From Eledone cirrhosa (taxonomy: Eukaryota), in the NCBI GenBank assembly GCA_964016885.1, contig OZ024747.1:72974001-73038000 (forward strand): DNA of 64,000 nt, given 5' to 3'. Every line of letters begins with the position of its first letter. Position 1 is the first letter of the stretch. Made by a program: the position numbers and the translations under genes. The notes under the pieces were generated by a model. It was given only the letters and a program-made list of their open reading frames with translations, was not told where the DNA came from and did not search any database. This document shows positions 23,901 to 35,038 of the stretch, in pieces.

Positions 23901-24387
23901 TGAGGCTGCTACACCCCCCTCTATCGGGACATGCCCCTGCATAGTCCCAACGCGCATCTAGGATTCCATTCCAGTCCCCCACTAAAAGCAGGGAACGCGA
24001 CGTTCCTAGAAAAGTCTCCAGACGTTGGAAGAAGTCGGCTCTCTCCGCCCCGAAGGGAGCATAAAGACCGACCAGTCTGAAAGCCCCGCCTTCACCACCT
24101 CCGACGTCCAGCACCAGTAATCGACCCCCCGGGTCCGAGTGAACAATCTGTACGTCGAGAGTCAGACGTTTATCCAGCAGTACGGCAACTCCCCCCCCGC
24201 CTCCGGGTTGACAGAGAGATGCGTGCATCTCAAAGTCATCGAAGGCGGGCGCCAGCTGTCTCACGCTGCTGATCCGACTCTCGCAAACAACCATCACATC
24301 TATACTTTGTGACCTGAGGTCACTTAGAAGCTTTGCTTGCTTCCAAGCTGAGCTCAGGCCACGCGCGTTCAAACAGCCAACTCTCAA
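20959..24387 (-). CDS. Copy 5 ORF2, intact APE-RT-CCHC
   Basis: 1142 aa with all the motifs listed for copy 2. Confidence 0.96.
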   Translation of the reverse strand: MRVGCLNARGLSSAWKQAKLLSDLRSQSIDVMVVCESRISSVRQLAPAFDDFEMHASLCQPGGGGGVAVLLDKRLTLDVQIVHSDPGGRLLVLDVGGGEGGAFRLVGLYAPFGAERADFFQRLETFLGTSRSLLLVGDWNGILDARWDYAGACPDRGGCSSLKGLLDRFDLVDRFRLDCPTAPTWTWANRSGQSRSYLDRFLVRSKDRDVFSCPELIMVGYSDHKLVTCVVNLDRTHRQGPGYWKMNLSLPTKKDYRNRISSLVKMRLTGAIVNSRWWISLKREIRVSSIGYSKELAANRNRRERELTDKLEEAIRSGDVARVLATRTALSQFFDAKHEGCVVRSKIRALGNEGTKAVSWARVTEAKSGIKSTIRSLRDQDGRVILEPERMCETFQRHFARLFGGGGGPDGDVDFGPYLDGLPRLSSGEAECCEGPITATEIGEALSQCSRRKSPGLDGLPYELYLAMPVLFSELLEAVYCNWQQNGRIPCSVTKGVVTLVRKDESKGDDLSNFRPITLLNAELQILAKVLAKRLALVVGGLVGDAQTCAIPSRSIHDNLHLMRYIIERVGYEPGFGGALINLDQSKAFDRVDHGYLDAVLAAAGFGPVFRGWISAMHSGNIYSRFKVNGYLSEPFQITRSIRQGCPLSSLLYVLTLEPMLRKLELLRGIPLEPGLHKAVSAYADDVTVMVADASEIGAIATLLEEYERLTGAKLNQDKSVGLQLGTWRGKPMPLDGVVGRWTEGPVKLLGVWFGPDLQVEKNWGEVTSRVFALTQKWAKCKLSLKGRAEVTNAYIASVIYYRLTVVPCPKEKLTIMERMLFQFLWKKRPPMVRRSICCQHPSKGGLGMPWLLMRRHALRLRHLQVFLNGQPVWAPFVRRAFPQLVSLTELQSWVKQRPRKLGNWHTECAQALTAIWQADPTVSGESTSTFYRGLVASRGDDTLGESLGMEEDELASLFGRTFGPGPMDNFQRSLAWQCYRGALPVREKLYRHGRPGRDPAKKICPRCVRDEETVAHALVHCPGVADLWGYVERLLSRVAPIRLTAESVVNIKPPPPFRNEAEAVFLCVIAMMKEVVWWTRLKGLRSGDFLSGHHLVYFFRYHFGRRIRMEREVLGPRQFYERWVKEARMARVNGPSLYIVL

Positions 24388-24392
24388 TTGAT

Positions 24393-26234
24393 CTATTTTG
24401 GTGTTGAAAGTGAAGAAAGAAAAGCACTTACCTCTCCGGGTTGCGTAATTTCCATGGCATCAGGTGTGTTGGGTGGAGGGATGTTTTGTGGTGGTGTGGG
24501 GGTACACGTGTGTGGTGGGGTTGGGGTATTTGGAGTTGTGTCAGGGAGAGGGGCGGTTATGGGGAAATCTTTCAAGAGGACGCGATTCAACGGTTTTAAA
24601 CAGGGGGGGCTCACGTCCCGTCTAAATTGTTCTTTTAAGGAACGATAAAGGTCCAGAGGGACCTTTATCATTTTTAAATGGGTGAAGTTCTCTGTTGAGA
24701 TAAAGTTTGGCCCTTCGGTCTGCACCATAGGGTTATTGTTTATTAATTTAACCAGTTTTTTGTTTTCTTTATTTATATATGTGTATTGCAACGTCTTTTT
24801 TTGTGATGCTGTCAATGTTTCGGAGAGGGGAGGCGCAGATTTATTTTTGTTTGTTGAGGGTGGGGTGTTTTTGATTGGAGTTGGTGTTTGTGTGTGGGTT
24901 ATTTGTGGTGTGCTGGGTGTGTGTTTTCTTTTTTTTCTTTTAACTTGTCTGAAGGCTTCTCCTCCTTCTTCTTCAGAAGTTGGGGGAAACTCTTCAGCGC
25001 TAGGTGGGAGGGACGTGTTGTGTGGTTGTTTTTTTTTTGCGGGAGGGGTAGATTTGTTACTGTTTTTTTTATTATTTGTTTGGGATGGGTTTTGTGGTGG
25101 TGGTGGTGGTAATGTTTGTGTCGTGCTTGTGGTTGGTGATGGTGGTGGTGATGTTTGTGTTGTGGTTGGTGGTGGTGATTTTTGTGTCGTGCTTGTGTTT
25201 GGTGCTGGTGGTGGTGATGTTTGTGTTGTGTTTGTGGTTGGTGGTGTCTGTATTTTGTTTGCTGTGTGTGGTATTAGTGTATTTTTGGAGGTGGGTGGTG
25301 CTGGTGTACTGTTTGTGGTGGGTGTGGGCAATAGTCCTTTTTGGGGGATACGTTTCGGGCAGTTAGCCTTAACGTGTCCCCTTTCCATGCATAAATAGCA
25401 TGCTGGTCTTCTCCCCTCTACAATTATGTCTATTGGGGTAAGGTCATCCAGCCAGATGCGATCCGGGATTTGTGCTATTCTTTCGGGCCTCATTTGGACT
25501 AGTATGTCGAGGCCCATTCCCAGGAACGCATCTCCAGTTGCCTTCCCCATTGACAGCATAGTGTCTTCGCCCATATCAATGAAGCCAGCAATAGCCCACC
25601 AGAAGTCCATTGTGGGCAGCATTGTTTTTACTTTTACTCTCTGTGTTCTTCTACCCATGTAGGAGGGATAGAAGCTATATGTTGTCGACGAGAGTGGGCT
25701 TAGGGAAAGCTTCTCCGCCGTTTCTTTGTCTCTTGTTAGGACCGAAATGCTGCCATAGAGTCGGTCCTTTCGTATGAAGAGAATATTCTTCATATAGTCT
25801 TTTAGGACTAACTCTATTTCCATTTGGCTGGGCTGTGCTGGCTTTCTTGTCTGGTTCAGTATAGTTCTGTATATAACTGTGTTTTCTGCTCTGGCTTTCT
25901 TGAATTCTGGGGGGGGGGGGGAGTTAATGGAAAACATTCTGTTCTCCCCCAAAACAATATGTTTCTTTGCTTCGGCCAGTTTTTCTCTGGCGGCAGTTAG
26001 GTCAATTGGTGTGTATGTAATGGATTGCTTTGTTTTCTGGGCGAAAGTTGCCCTGTCGTTATTTGTATTATTTTCTGTTTGTTTGTTTTCTGTTTGCTCA
26101 TTTTCCTTAACATTTGTTTTTTCATTTTGTTTGTTTGTTTCAATGTCTAATTTTGTTGTAATTATTTTTTGTTCTTCAGACTTGGGGGGCGTGGCAGAGC
26201 TAATGGCAGACATGTCTGCCATCTTTTCCGCCAT
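24393..26234 (-). CDS. Copy 5 ORF1, open (2 extra Pro from a C-tract expansion)
   Basis: 622-aa ORF; reads SPPPPE where other copies read SPPE. Confidence 0.9.
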   Translation of the reverse strand: MAEKMADMSAISSATPPKSEEQKIITTKLDIETNKQNEKTNVKENEQTENKQTENNTNNDRATFAQKTKQSITYTPIDLTAAREKLAEAKKHIVLGENRMFSINSPPPPEFKKARAENTVIYRTILNQTRKPAQPSQMEIELVLKDYMKNILFIRKDRLYGSISVLTRDKETAEKLSLSPLSSTTYSFYPSYMGRRTQRVKVKTMLPTMDFWWAIAGFIDMGEDTMLSMGKATGDAFLGMGLDILVQMRPERIAQIPDRIWLDDLTPIDIIVEGRRPACYLCMERGHVKANCPKRIPQKGLLPTPTTNSTPAPPTSKNTLIPHTANKIQTPPTTNTTQTSPPPAPNTSTTQKSPPPTTTQTSPPPSPTTSTTQTLPPPPPQNPSQTNNKKNSNKSTPPAKKKQPHNTSLPPSAEEFPPTSEEEGGEAFRQVKRKKRKHTPSTPQITHTQTPTPIKNTPPSTNKNKSAPPLSETLTASQKKTLQYTYINKENKKLVKLINNNPMVQTEGPNFISTENFTHLKMIKVPLDLYRSLKEQFRRDVSPPCLKPLNRVLLKDFPITAPLPDTTPNTPTPPHTCTPTPPQNIPPPNTPDAMEITQPGEVSAFLSSLSTPK

Positions 26235-26493
26235 GCTGCCAAGAAAGAAATTTTTCGGCAAAAATAGATATTTATTTTACCCCCTAAAAGGGGGTAAATG
26301 CAAAAATGTTTCCCTAAATAACAGGGGTTAGTGTTCCAAATGTGTTGCACTAAAAAATTTATCCGGTACTTACAATAGTAAGGGTAAATCCCGATGGAAT
26401 AGCGGAGCCGATGCGAAGCGTGTCTTACTCTATCAAGATAGATAGATAGAGATAAAGAGGAGTATTCAACAATTTAGAGTAGAAGCCAGTTTT

Positions 26494-27283
26494 ACAGGTG
26501 AACTACCTTTACAGGTGAACTAACTCTAAGGTGAACTAATCCTACAGGTGAACTACCTCTACAGGTGAACTACCTGTACAGGTGAACTACCTGTATAGTT
26601 GAACTACCTCTACAGGTGAACTACCTCTAAAGTTGAACTACTTTTACAGTTGAACTACCTGTACAGTTGAACTACCTGTACAGTTGAACTAACTGTAAGT
26701 TGAACTACCTGTACAGGGGAACTACCTGTACAGTTGAACTACCTGTAAGTTGAACTACCTGTACAGTTGAACTACCTGTACAGTTGAACTAACTGTAAGT
26801 TGAACTACCTGTACAATTGAACTACCTGTAAGTTGAACTACCTGTAAGTTGAACTAACTCTACAGGTGAACTACCTGTACAGTTGAACTACCTGTACAGT
26901 TGAACTACCTGTAAGTTGAACTACCTGTACAGTTGAACTACCTGTAAGTTGAACTAACTCTACAGGTGAACTACCTGTACAAGGGAACTACCTGTACAAG
27001 GGAACTACCTGTACAGTTGAACTACGCCTACAGGTGAACTACCTCTACAGGTGAACTACCTCTACAGTTGAACTACCTGTACTGAACTACCTGTACAGGT
27101 GAACTACCTCTACAGTTGAACTACCTGTACTGAACTACCTCTACAGGTGAACTACCTGTACAGGTGAACTACCTGTACAGGTCAACTACCTCTACAGGTG
27201 AACTACCTGTACAGGTAAACTACCTGTACAGGTGAACTACCTGTAGAGGTGAACTACCTGTACAGGTGAACTACCTCTACAGT
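26494..27283. repeat. Minisatellite of ~17-bp unit ACAGGTGAACTACCTGT (roughly 45-50 units)
   Basis: Tandem units visible directly, with variants such as ACAGTTGAAC and CCTCTAC and occasional shorter units. Confidence 0.95.
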
Positions 27284-27386
27284 TATATTTATATTTGGTA
27301 ATAGAAACCATATTTTAAATAGATTTCAAAAACAACATTGAATTGTTAAAACATATTTAAAATAAAATACTTGTACTTGTGGCCAG

Positions 27387-30300
27387 ATAGACACACACAT
27401 AGACACAGACATAGACACAGACATAGACACAGACATAGACACAGACATAGACACAGACATAGACACACACATAGACACAGACATAGACACACACATAGAC
27501 ACAGACATAGACACAGACATAGACACAGACATAGACACACACATAGACACAGACATAGACACAGACATAGACACAGACATAGACACACACATAGTCACAG
27601 ACATAGACACACACATAGACACAGACATAGACACAGACATAGACACACACATAGACACAGACATAGACACACACATAAACACACACATAGACACAGACAT
27701 AGACACAGACATAGACACAGACATAGACACAGACATAGACACAGACATAGACACACACATAGACACAGACATAGACACACACATAGACACACACATAGAC
27801 ACACACATAGACACAGACATAGACACAGACATAGACACACACATAGACACACACATAGACACACACATAGACACACACATAGACACAGACATAGACACAA
27901 ACATAGACACAGACATAGACACAGACATAGACACAGACATATACACAGACAGACACAGACATAGACACAGACATAGACACAGACATAGACACAGGCATAG
28001 ACACAGACATAGACACACACATAGACACAGACATAGACACAGACACAGACACATACATAGACACACACATAGACACACACATAGACACAGACATAGACAC
28101 AGATATAGACACAGACATAGACACAGACATAGACACAGACATAGAGACACACATAGACACAGACATAGACACAGACGTAGACACAGACATAGACACACAC
28201 ATAGACACACACATAGACACAGACATAGACACAGACATATACACACACATAGACACATACATAGACACACACATAGACACAGACATAGACACAGACATAG
28301 ACACAGACATAGACACAGACATAGACACAGACATAGACACAGGCATAGACACAGACATAGACACAGACATATACACAGGCAGAGACACAGACATAGACAC
28401 AGACATAGACACAGACATAGACACACGCATAGACACACACATAGACACAGACATAGACACAGACATAGACACAGACATAGACACACACATAGACACACAC
28501 ATAGACACAGACATAGACACACACATAGACACAGACATAGACACAGACATAGACACACACATAGACACACACATGGACACAGACATAGACACAGACATAG
28601 ACACAGACATAGACACAGACATAGACACACACATAGACACACACATAGACACAGACATAGACACAGACATAGACACAGACATAGACACAGACATAGACAC
28701 AGACATAGACACAGACATAGACACACACATAGACACAGACATAGACACAGACACAGACACAGACATAGACACACACATAGACACACACATAGACACAGAC
28801 ATAGACACAGACATAGACACAGACATAGACACAGACATAGACACAGACATAGACACAGACATAGAGACAGACATAGACACAGGCATAGACACAGACATAG
28901 ACACACACATAGACACAGACATAGACACAGACGTAGACACAGACATAGACACAGACATAGACACACACATAGACACAGACATAGACACAGACATATACAC
29001 ACACATAGACACATACATAGACACACACATAGATACAGACATAGACACACACATAGACACAGACATAGACACAGACATAGACACAGACATAGACACAGGC
29101 ATAGACACAGACATAGACACAGACATAGACACACGCATAGACACAGACATAGACACAGACATACACACAGACATAGACACAGACATAGACACACACATAG
29201 ACACATACATAGACACACACATAGACACACACATAGACACAGACATAGACACAGACATATACACACACATAGACACATACATAAACACACACATAGATAC
29301 AGACATAGACACACACATAGACACAGACATAGACACAGACATAGACACAGACATAGACACAGACATAGACACACACATAGACACAGACATAGACACACAC
29401 ATAGACACAGACATAGACACACACATAGACACACACATGGACACAGACATACACACAGACATAGACACACACATAGACACACACATAGACACATACATAG
29501 ACACACACATAGACACAGACATAGACGCACACATAGACACAGACATCGACACAGAAATAGACACAGACATAGACACACACATAGACACACACATAGACAC
29601 ACACATAGACACACACATAGACACAGACATAGACACAGACATAGACACAGACATAGACACAGACATAGACACAGACATAGACACACACATAGACACACAC
29701 ATAGACACACACATAGACACAGACATAGACACAGACATAGACACAGACATAGACACACACATAGACACACACATAGACACACACATAGACACAGACATAG
29801 ACACAGACATAGACACACACATAGACACAGACATAGACACACACATAGACACACACATAGACACAGACATAGACACAGACACAGACACAGACATAGACAC
29901 GCACATAGACACACACATAGACACAGACATAGACACAGACATAGACACAGACACAGACACAGACATAGACACACACATAGACACAGACATAGACAGACAC
30001 ATAGACACAGACATAGACACAGACATAGACACAGACATAGACACAGACATAGACACACACATAGACACAGACATAGACACAGACACAGACACAGACATAG
30101 ACACACACATAGACACACACATAGACACAGACATAGACACAGACATAAACACACACATAGACACAGACATAGACACACACATAGACACAGACATAGACAC
30201 AGACATAGACACAGACACAGACACAGACATAGACACACACAGACACACACATAGACACAGACATAGACAGACACATAGACACAGACATAGACACAGACAT

Positions 30301-32470
30301 AGACACAGACATAGACACAGACATAGACACAGACATAGACACAGACATAGACACAGACATAGACACAGACATAGAGACAGACATAGACACAGACATAGAC
30401 ACACACATAGGCACAGACATAGACACAGACATAGACACATACATAGACACAGACATAGACACAGACATAGACACACACATAGACACAGACATAGACACAG
30501 ACACAGACACAGACATAGACACACACATAGACACACACATAGACACATACATAGACACAGACATAGACACAGACATAGACACAGACATAAACACACACAT
30601 AGACACAGACATAGACACACACATAGACACAGACATAGACACAGACATAGACACAGACATAGACACAGACATAGACACAGACATAGAGACAGACATAGAC
30701 ACAGGCATAGACACACGCATAGACACAGACATAGACACAGACATAGACACAGACATAAACACACACATAGACACAGACATAGACACACACATAGACACAG
30801 ACATAGACACAGACATAGACACAGACATAGACACAGACATAGACACAGACATAGAGACAGACATAGACACAGACATAGACACACACATAGACACAGACAT
30901 AGACACAGACATAGACACATACATAGACACAGACATAGACACAGACATAGACACAGACATAGACACAGACATAGACACAGACATAGACACACACATAGAC
31001 ACAGACATAGACACACACATAGACACAGACATAGACACAGACATAGACACAGACATAGAGACAGACATAGACACAGACATAGACACAGACATAGACACAG
31101 ACATAGACACAGGCATAGACACACACATAGACACAGACATAGACACAGACATAGACACAGACATAGACACACACATAGACACAGACATAGACACAGACAT
31201 AGACACAGACATAGACACAGACATAGACACAGACATAGAGACAGACATAGACACAGACATAGACACAGACATAGACACAGACATAGACACAGACATAGAC
31301 ACAGACATAGACACAGACATAGACACAGACATAGACACAGACATAGACACAGACATAGACACAGACATAGACACAGACATAGACACAGACATAGACACAG
31401 ACATAGACACAGACATAGACACATACATAGACACAGACATAGACACAGACATAGACACACACATAGACACAGACATAGACACACACATAGACACAGACAT
31501 AGACACAGACATAGACACAGACATAGAGACAGACATAGACACAGACATAGACACAGACATAGACACAGACATAGACACAGACATAGACACACACATAGAC
31601 ACAGACATAGACACAGACATAGACACAGACATAGACACACACATAGACACAGACATAGACACAGACATAGACACAGACATAGACACAGACATAGACACAG
31701 ACATAGAGACAGACATAGACACAGACATAGACACAGACATAGACACAGACATAGACACAGACATAGACACAGACATAGACACACACATAGACACAGACAT
31801 AGACACAGACATAGACACAGACATAGACACAGACATAGACACAGACATAGAGACAGACATAGACACAGACATAGACACAGACATAGACACAGACATAGAC
31901 ACAGACATAGACACACACATAGACACAGACATAGACACACACATAGACACACACATAGACACAGACATAGACACAGACACAGACACAGACATAGACACAC
32001 ACATAGACACACACATAGACACAGACATAGACACAGACATAGACACAGACATATACACAGACATAGACACAGACATAGACACAGACATAGACACACACAT
32101 AGACACAGACATAGACACAGACATAGACACAGACATAGACACAGACATAGACACAGACATAGACACAGACATAGACACAGACATAGACACAGACACAGAC
32201 ATAGACACAGGCATAGACACAGACATAGACACAGACATATACACAGACATAGACACAGACATAGACACAGACATAGACACACACATAGACACAGACATAG
32301 ACACAGACATAGACACACACATAGACACACATATAGACACAGACATAGACACAGACATAGACACAGACATAGACACACACATAAGCACATACACAGGCAT
32401 AGACACACCTGTATGTACACACACAGACATAGACACACACACATAAGCACACACACACTGGCATAGACAC
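27387..32470. repeat. ~5.1-kb satellite of 12-bp unit ACATAGACACAG / ACATAGACACAC
   Basis: Continuous 12-bp periodicity with sporadic variant units; it produces the 1300-1700 aa low-complexity ORFs. Confidence 0.98.
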
Positions 32471-33197
32471 ATATATATATACGTATGCACAAATGAAACA
32501 GAAATAACAAAGCAAACGACACATTGCATTGAAGAAATATATTAGTTTATCGCTTGTTATAGTAGTAAAAAAAGTCTTGACGTTTCAGATACTAGTCTTT
32601 CATCACAAGATAGAATGAGAAATAACAGATAAAATAGAAAGAGAGAGAGAGAGAGAGAGAAGAGGAAGGAACAGAAAAAACACGTGTGTATCCAATCATA
32701 TTTGTGTTTAATCGATACATATAAAATATATATTATGTATCTCAATAGAACATTAGTTCAGAGCAATCAATTATACAACATACATAATTGGTGATTCTAA
32801 TTACTAAGATCAATGGTGTACATCTTATCTTGGGGTTTCATCTCTCTAAGGTATTATAGGCTTTGTTACCATCTTGAAGTATATTTACTTACACATTAAT
32901 TGCTCTGTATAGATGTACAAAATACTAGTTTCTCTATTGATATGCATCTTTTTTACATATCGTTTAAACTTGTATATCTATCTATCTATCTATCTTGATA
33001 GAGTAAGACACGCTTCGCATCGGCTCCGCTATTCCATTGGGATTTACCCTTACTATTGTAAGTACAGGATAAATTTTTTAGTGCAACACATTTGGAACAC
33101 TAACCCCTGTTATTTAGGGAAACATTTTTGCATTTACCCCCTTTTTAGGGGGTAAAATAAATATCTATTTTTGCCGAAAAATTTCTTTCTTGGCAGC

Positions 33198-35033
33198 ATG
33201 GCGGAAAAGATGGCAGACATGTCTGCCATTAGCTCTGCCACGCCCCCCAAGTCTGAAGAACAAAAAATAATTACAACAAAATTAGACATTGAAACAAACA
33301 AACAAAATGAAAAAACAAATGTTAAGGAAAATGAGCAAACAGAAAACAAACAAACAGAAAATAATACAAATAACGACAGGGCAACTTTCGCCCAGAAAAC
33401 AAAACAATCCATTACATACACACCAATTGACCTAACTGCCGCCAGAGAAAAACTGGCAGAAGCAAAGAAACATATTGTTTTGGGGGAGAACGGAATGTTT
33501 TCCATTAACTCCCCCCCAGAATTCAAGAAAGCCAGAGCAGAAAACACAGTTCTATACAGAACTATACTGAACCAGACAAGAAAGCCAGCACAGCCCAGCC
33601 AAATGGAAATAGAGTTAGTCCTAAAAGACTATATGAAGAATATTCTCTTCATACGAAAGGACCGACTCTATGGCAGCATTTCGGTCCTAACAAGAGACAA
33701 AGAAACGGCGGAGAAGCTTTCCCTAAGCCCACTCTCGTCGACAACATATAGCTTCTATCCCTCCTACATGGGTAGAAGAACACAGAGAGTAAAAGTAAAA
33801 ACAATGCTGCCCACAATGGACTTCTGGTGGGCTATTGCTGGCTTCATTGATATGGGCGAAGACACTATGCTGTCAATGGGGAAGGCAACTGGAGATGCGT
33901 TCCTGGGAATGGGCCTCGACATACTAGTCCAAATGAGGCCCGAAAGAATAGCACAAATCCCGGATCGCATCTGGCTGGATGACCTTACCCCAATAGACAT
34001 AATTGTAGAGGGGAGAAGACCAGCATGCTATTTATGCATGGAAAGGGGACACGTTAAGGCTAACTGCCCGAAACGTATCCCCCAAAAAGGACTATTGCCC
34101 ACACCCACCACAAACAGTACACCAGCACGACCCACCTCCAAAAATACACTAATACCACACACAGCAAACAAAATACAGACACCACCAACCACAAACACAA
34201 CACAAACATCACCACCACCAGCACCAAACACAAGCACGACACAAAAATCACCACCACCAACCACAACACAAACATCACCACCACCATCACCAACCACAAG
34301 CACGACACAAACATTACCACCACCACCACCACAAAACCCATTCCAAACAAATAATAAAAAAAACAGTAACAAATCTACCCCTCCCGCAAAAAAAAAACAA
34401 CCACACAACACGTCCCTCCCACCTAGCGCTGAAGAGTTTCCCCCAACTTCTGAAGAAGAAGGAGGAGAAGCCTTCAGACAAGTTAAAAGAAAAAAAAGAA
34501 AACACACACCCAGCACACCACAAATAACCCACACACAAACACCAACTCCAATCAAAAACACCCCACCCTCAACAAACAAAAATAAATCTGCGCCTCCCCT
34601 CTCCGAAACATTGACAGCATCACAAAAAAAGACGTTGCAATACACATATATAAATAAAGAAAACAAAAAACTGGTTAAATTAATAAACAATAACCCTATG
34701 GTGCAGACCGAAGGGCCAAACTTTATCTCAACAGAGAACTTCACCCATTTAAAAATGATAAAGGTCCCTCTGGACCTTTATCGTTCCTTAAAAGAACAAT
34801 TTAGACGGGACGTGAGCCCCCCCTGTTTAAAACCGTTGAATCGCGTCCTCTTGAAAGATTTCCCCATAACCGCCCCTCTCCCTGACACAACTCCAAATAC
34901 CCCAACCCCACCACACACGTGTACCCCCACACCACCACAAAACATCCCTCCACCCAACACACCTGATGCCATGGAAATTACGCAACCCGGAGAGGTAAGT
35001 GCTTTTCTTTCTTCACTTTCAACACCAAAATAG
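33198..35033 (+). CDS. Copy 6 ORF1, open (611 aa from ATG)
   Basis: First ATG at 33198, CCHC knuckle, TAG at 35031-35033. Confidence 0.9.
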   Translation: MAEKMADMSAISSATPPKSEEQKIITTKLDIETNKQNEKTNVKENEQTENKQTENNTNNDRATFAQKTKQSITYTPIDLTAAREKLAEAKKHIVLGENGMFSINSPPEFKKARAENTVLYRTILNQTRKPAQPSQMEIELVLKDYMKNILFIRKDRLYGSISVLTRDKETAEKLSLSPLSSTTYSFYPSYMGRRTQRVKVKTMLPTMDFWWAIAGFIDMGEDTMLSMGKATGDAFLGMGLDILVQMRPERIAQIPDRIWLDDLTPIDIIVEGRRPACYLCMERGHVKANCPKRIPQKGLLPTPTTNSTPARPTSKNTLIPHTANKIQTPPTTNTTQTSPPPAPNTSTTQKSPPPTTTQTSPPPSPTTSTTQTLPPPPPQNPFQTNNKKNSNKSTPPAKKKQPHNTSLPPSAEEFPPTSEEEGGEAFRQVKRKKRKHTPSTPQITHTQTPTPIKNTPPSTNKNKSAPPLSETLTASQKKTLQYTYINKENKKLVKLINNNPMVQTEGPNFISTENFTHLKMIKVPLDLYRSLKEQFRRDVSPPCLKPLNRVLLKDFPITAPLPDTTPNTPTPPHTCTPTPPQNIPPPNTPDAMEITQPGEVSAFLSSLSTPK

Positions 35034-35038
35034 ATCAA

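Larger units (their letters stand above)
20727..26436 (-). mobile_element. Family A copy 5, full length (5710 bp), both ORFs intact
   Basis: 5' end abuts (GATA)3GAGATA at 26437; ORF1 622 aa and ORF2 1142 aa are open. Confidence 0.97.

Noticed and set aside
1-26436. Telomeric retrotransposon array
   Set aside because: No TTAGGG-type repeats or chromosome end are visible, and the 5' side continues into ordinary genomic DNA; only the architecture is similar.
26494-27283. CRISPR-like array of palindromic repeats
   Set aside because: Units abut with no unique spacers, there are no cas genes, and the context is eukaryotic.
27326-32529. 1297-1732 aa ORFs (VCVY, CLCL, SVSM, DTDI/HRHR repeats)
   Set aside because: Stop-free translations of the 12-bp satellite in several frames; no sign of a real protein.
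33171-33197. ORF1 start at MPKNFF as given in the ORF track
   Set aside because: That codon is TTG; the first ATG, in good context, is at 33198.
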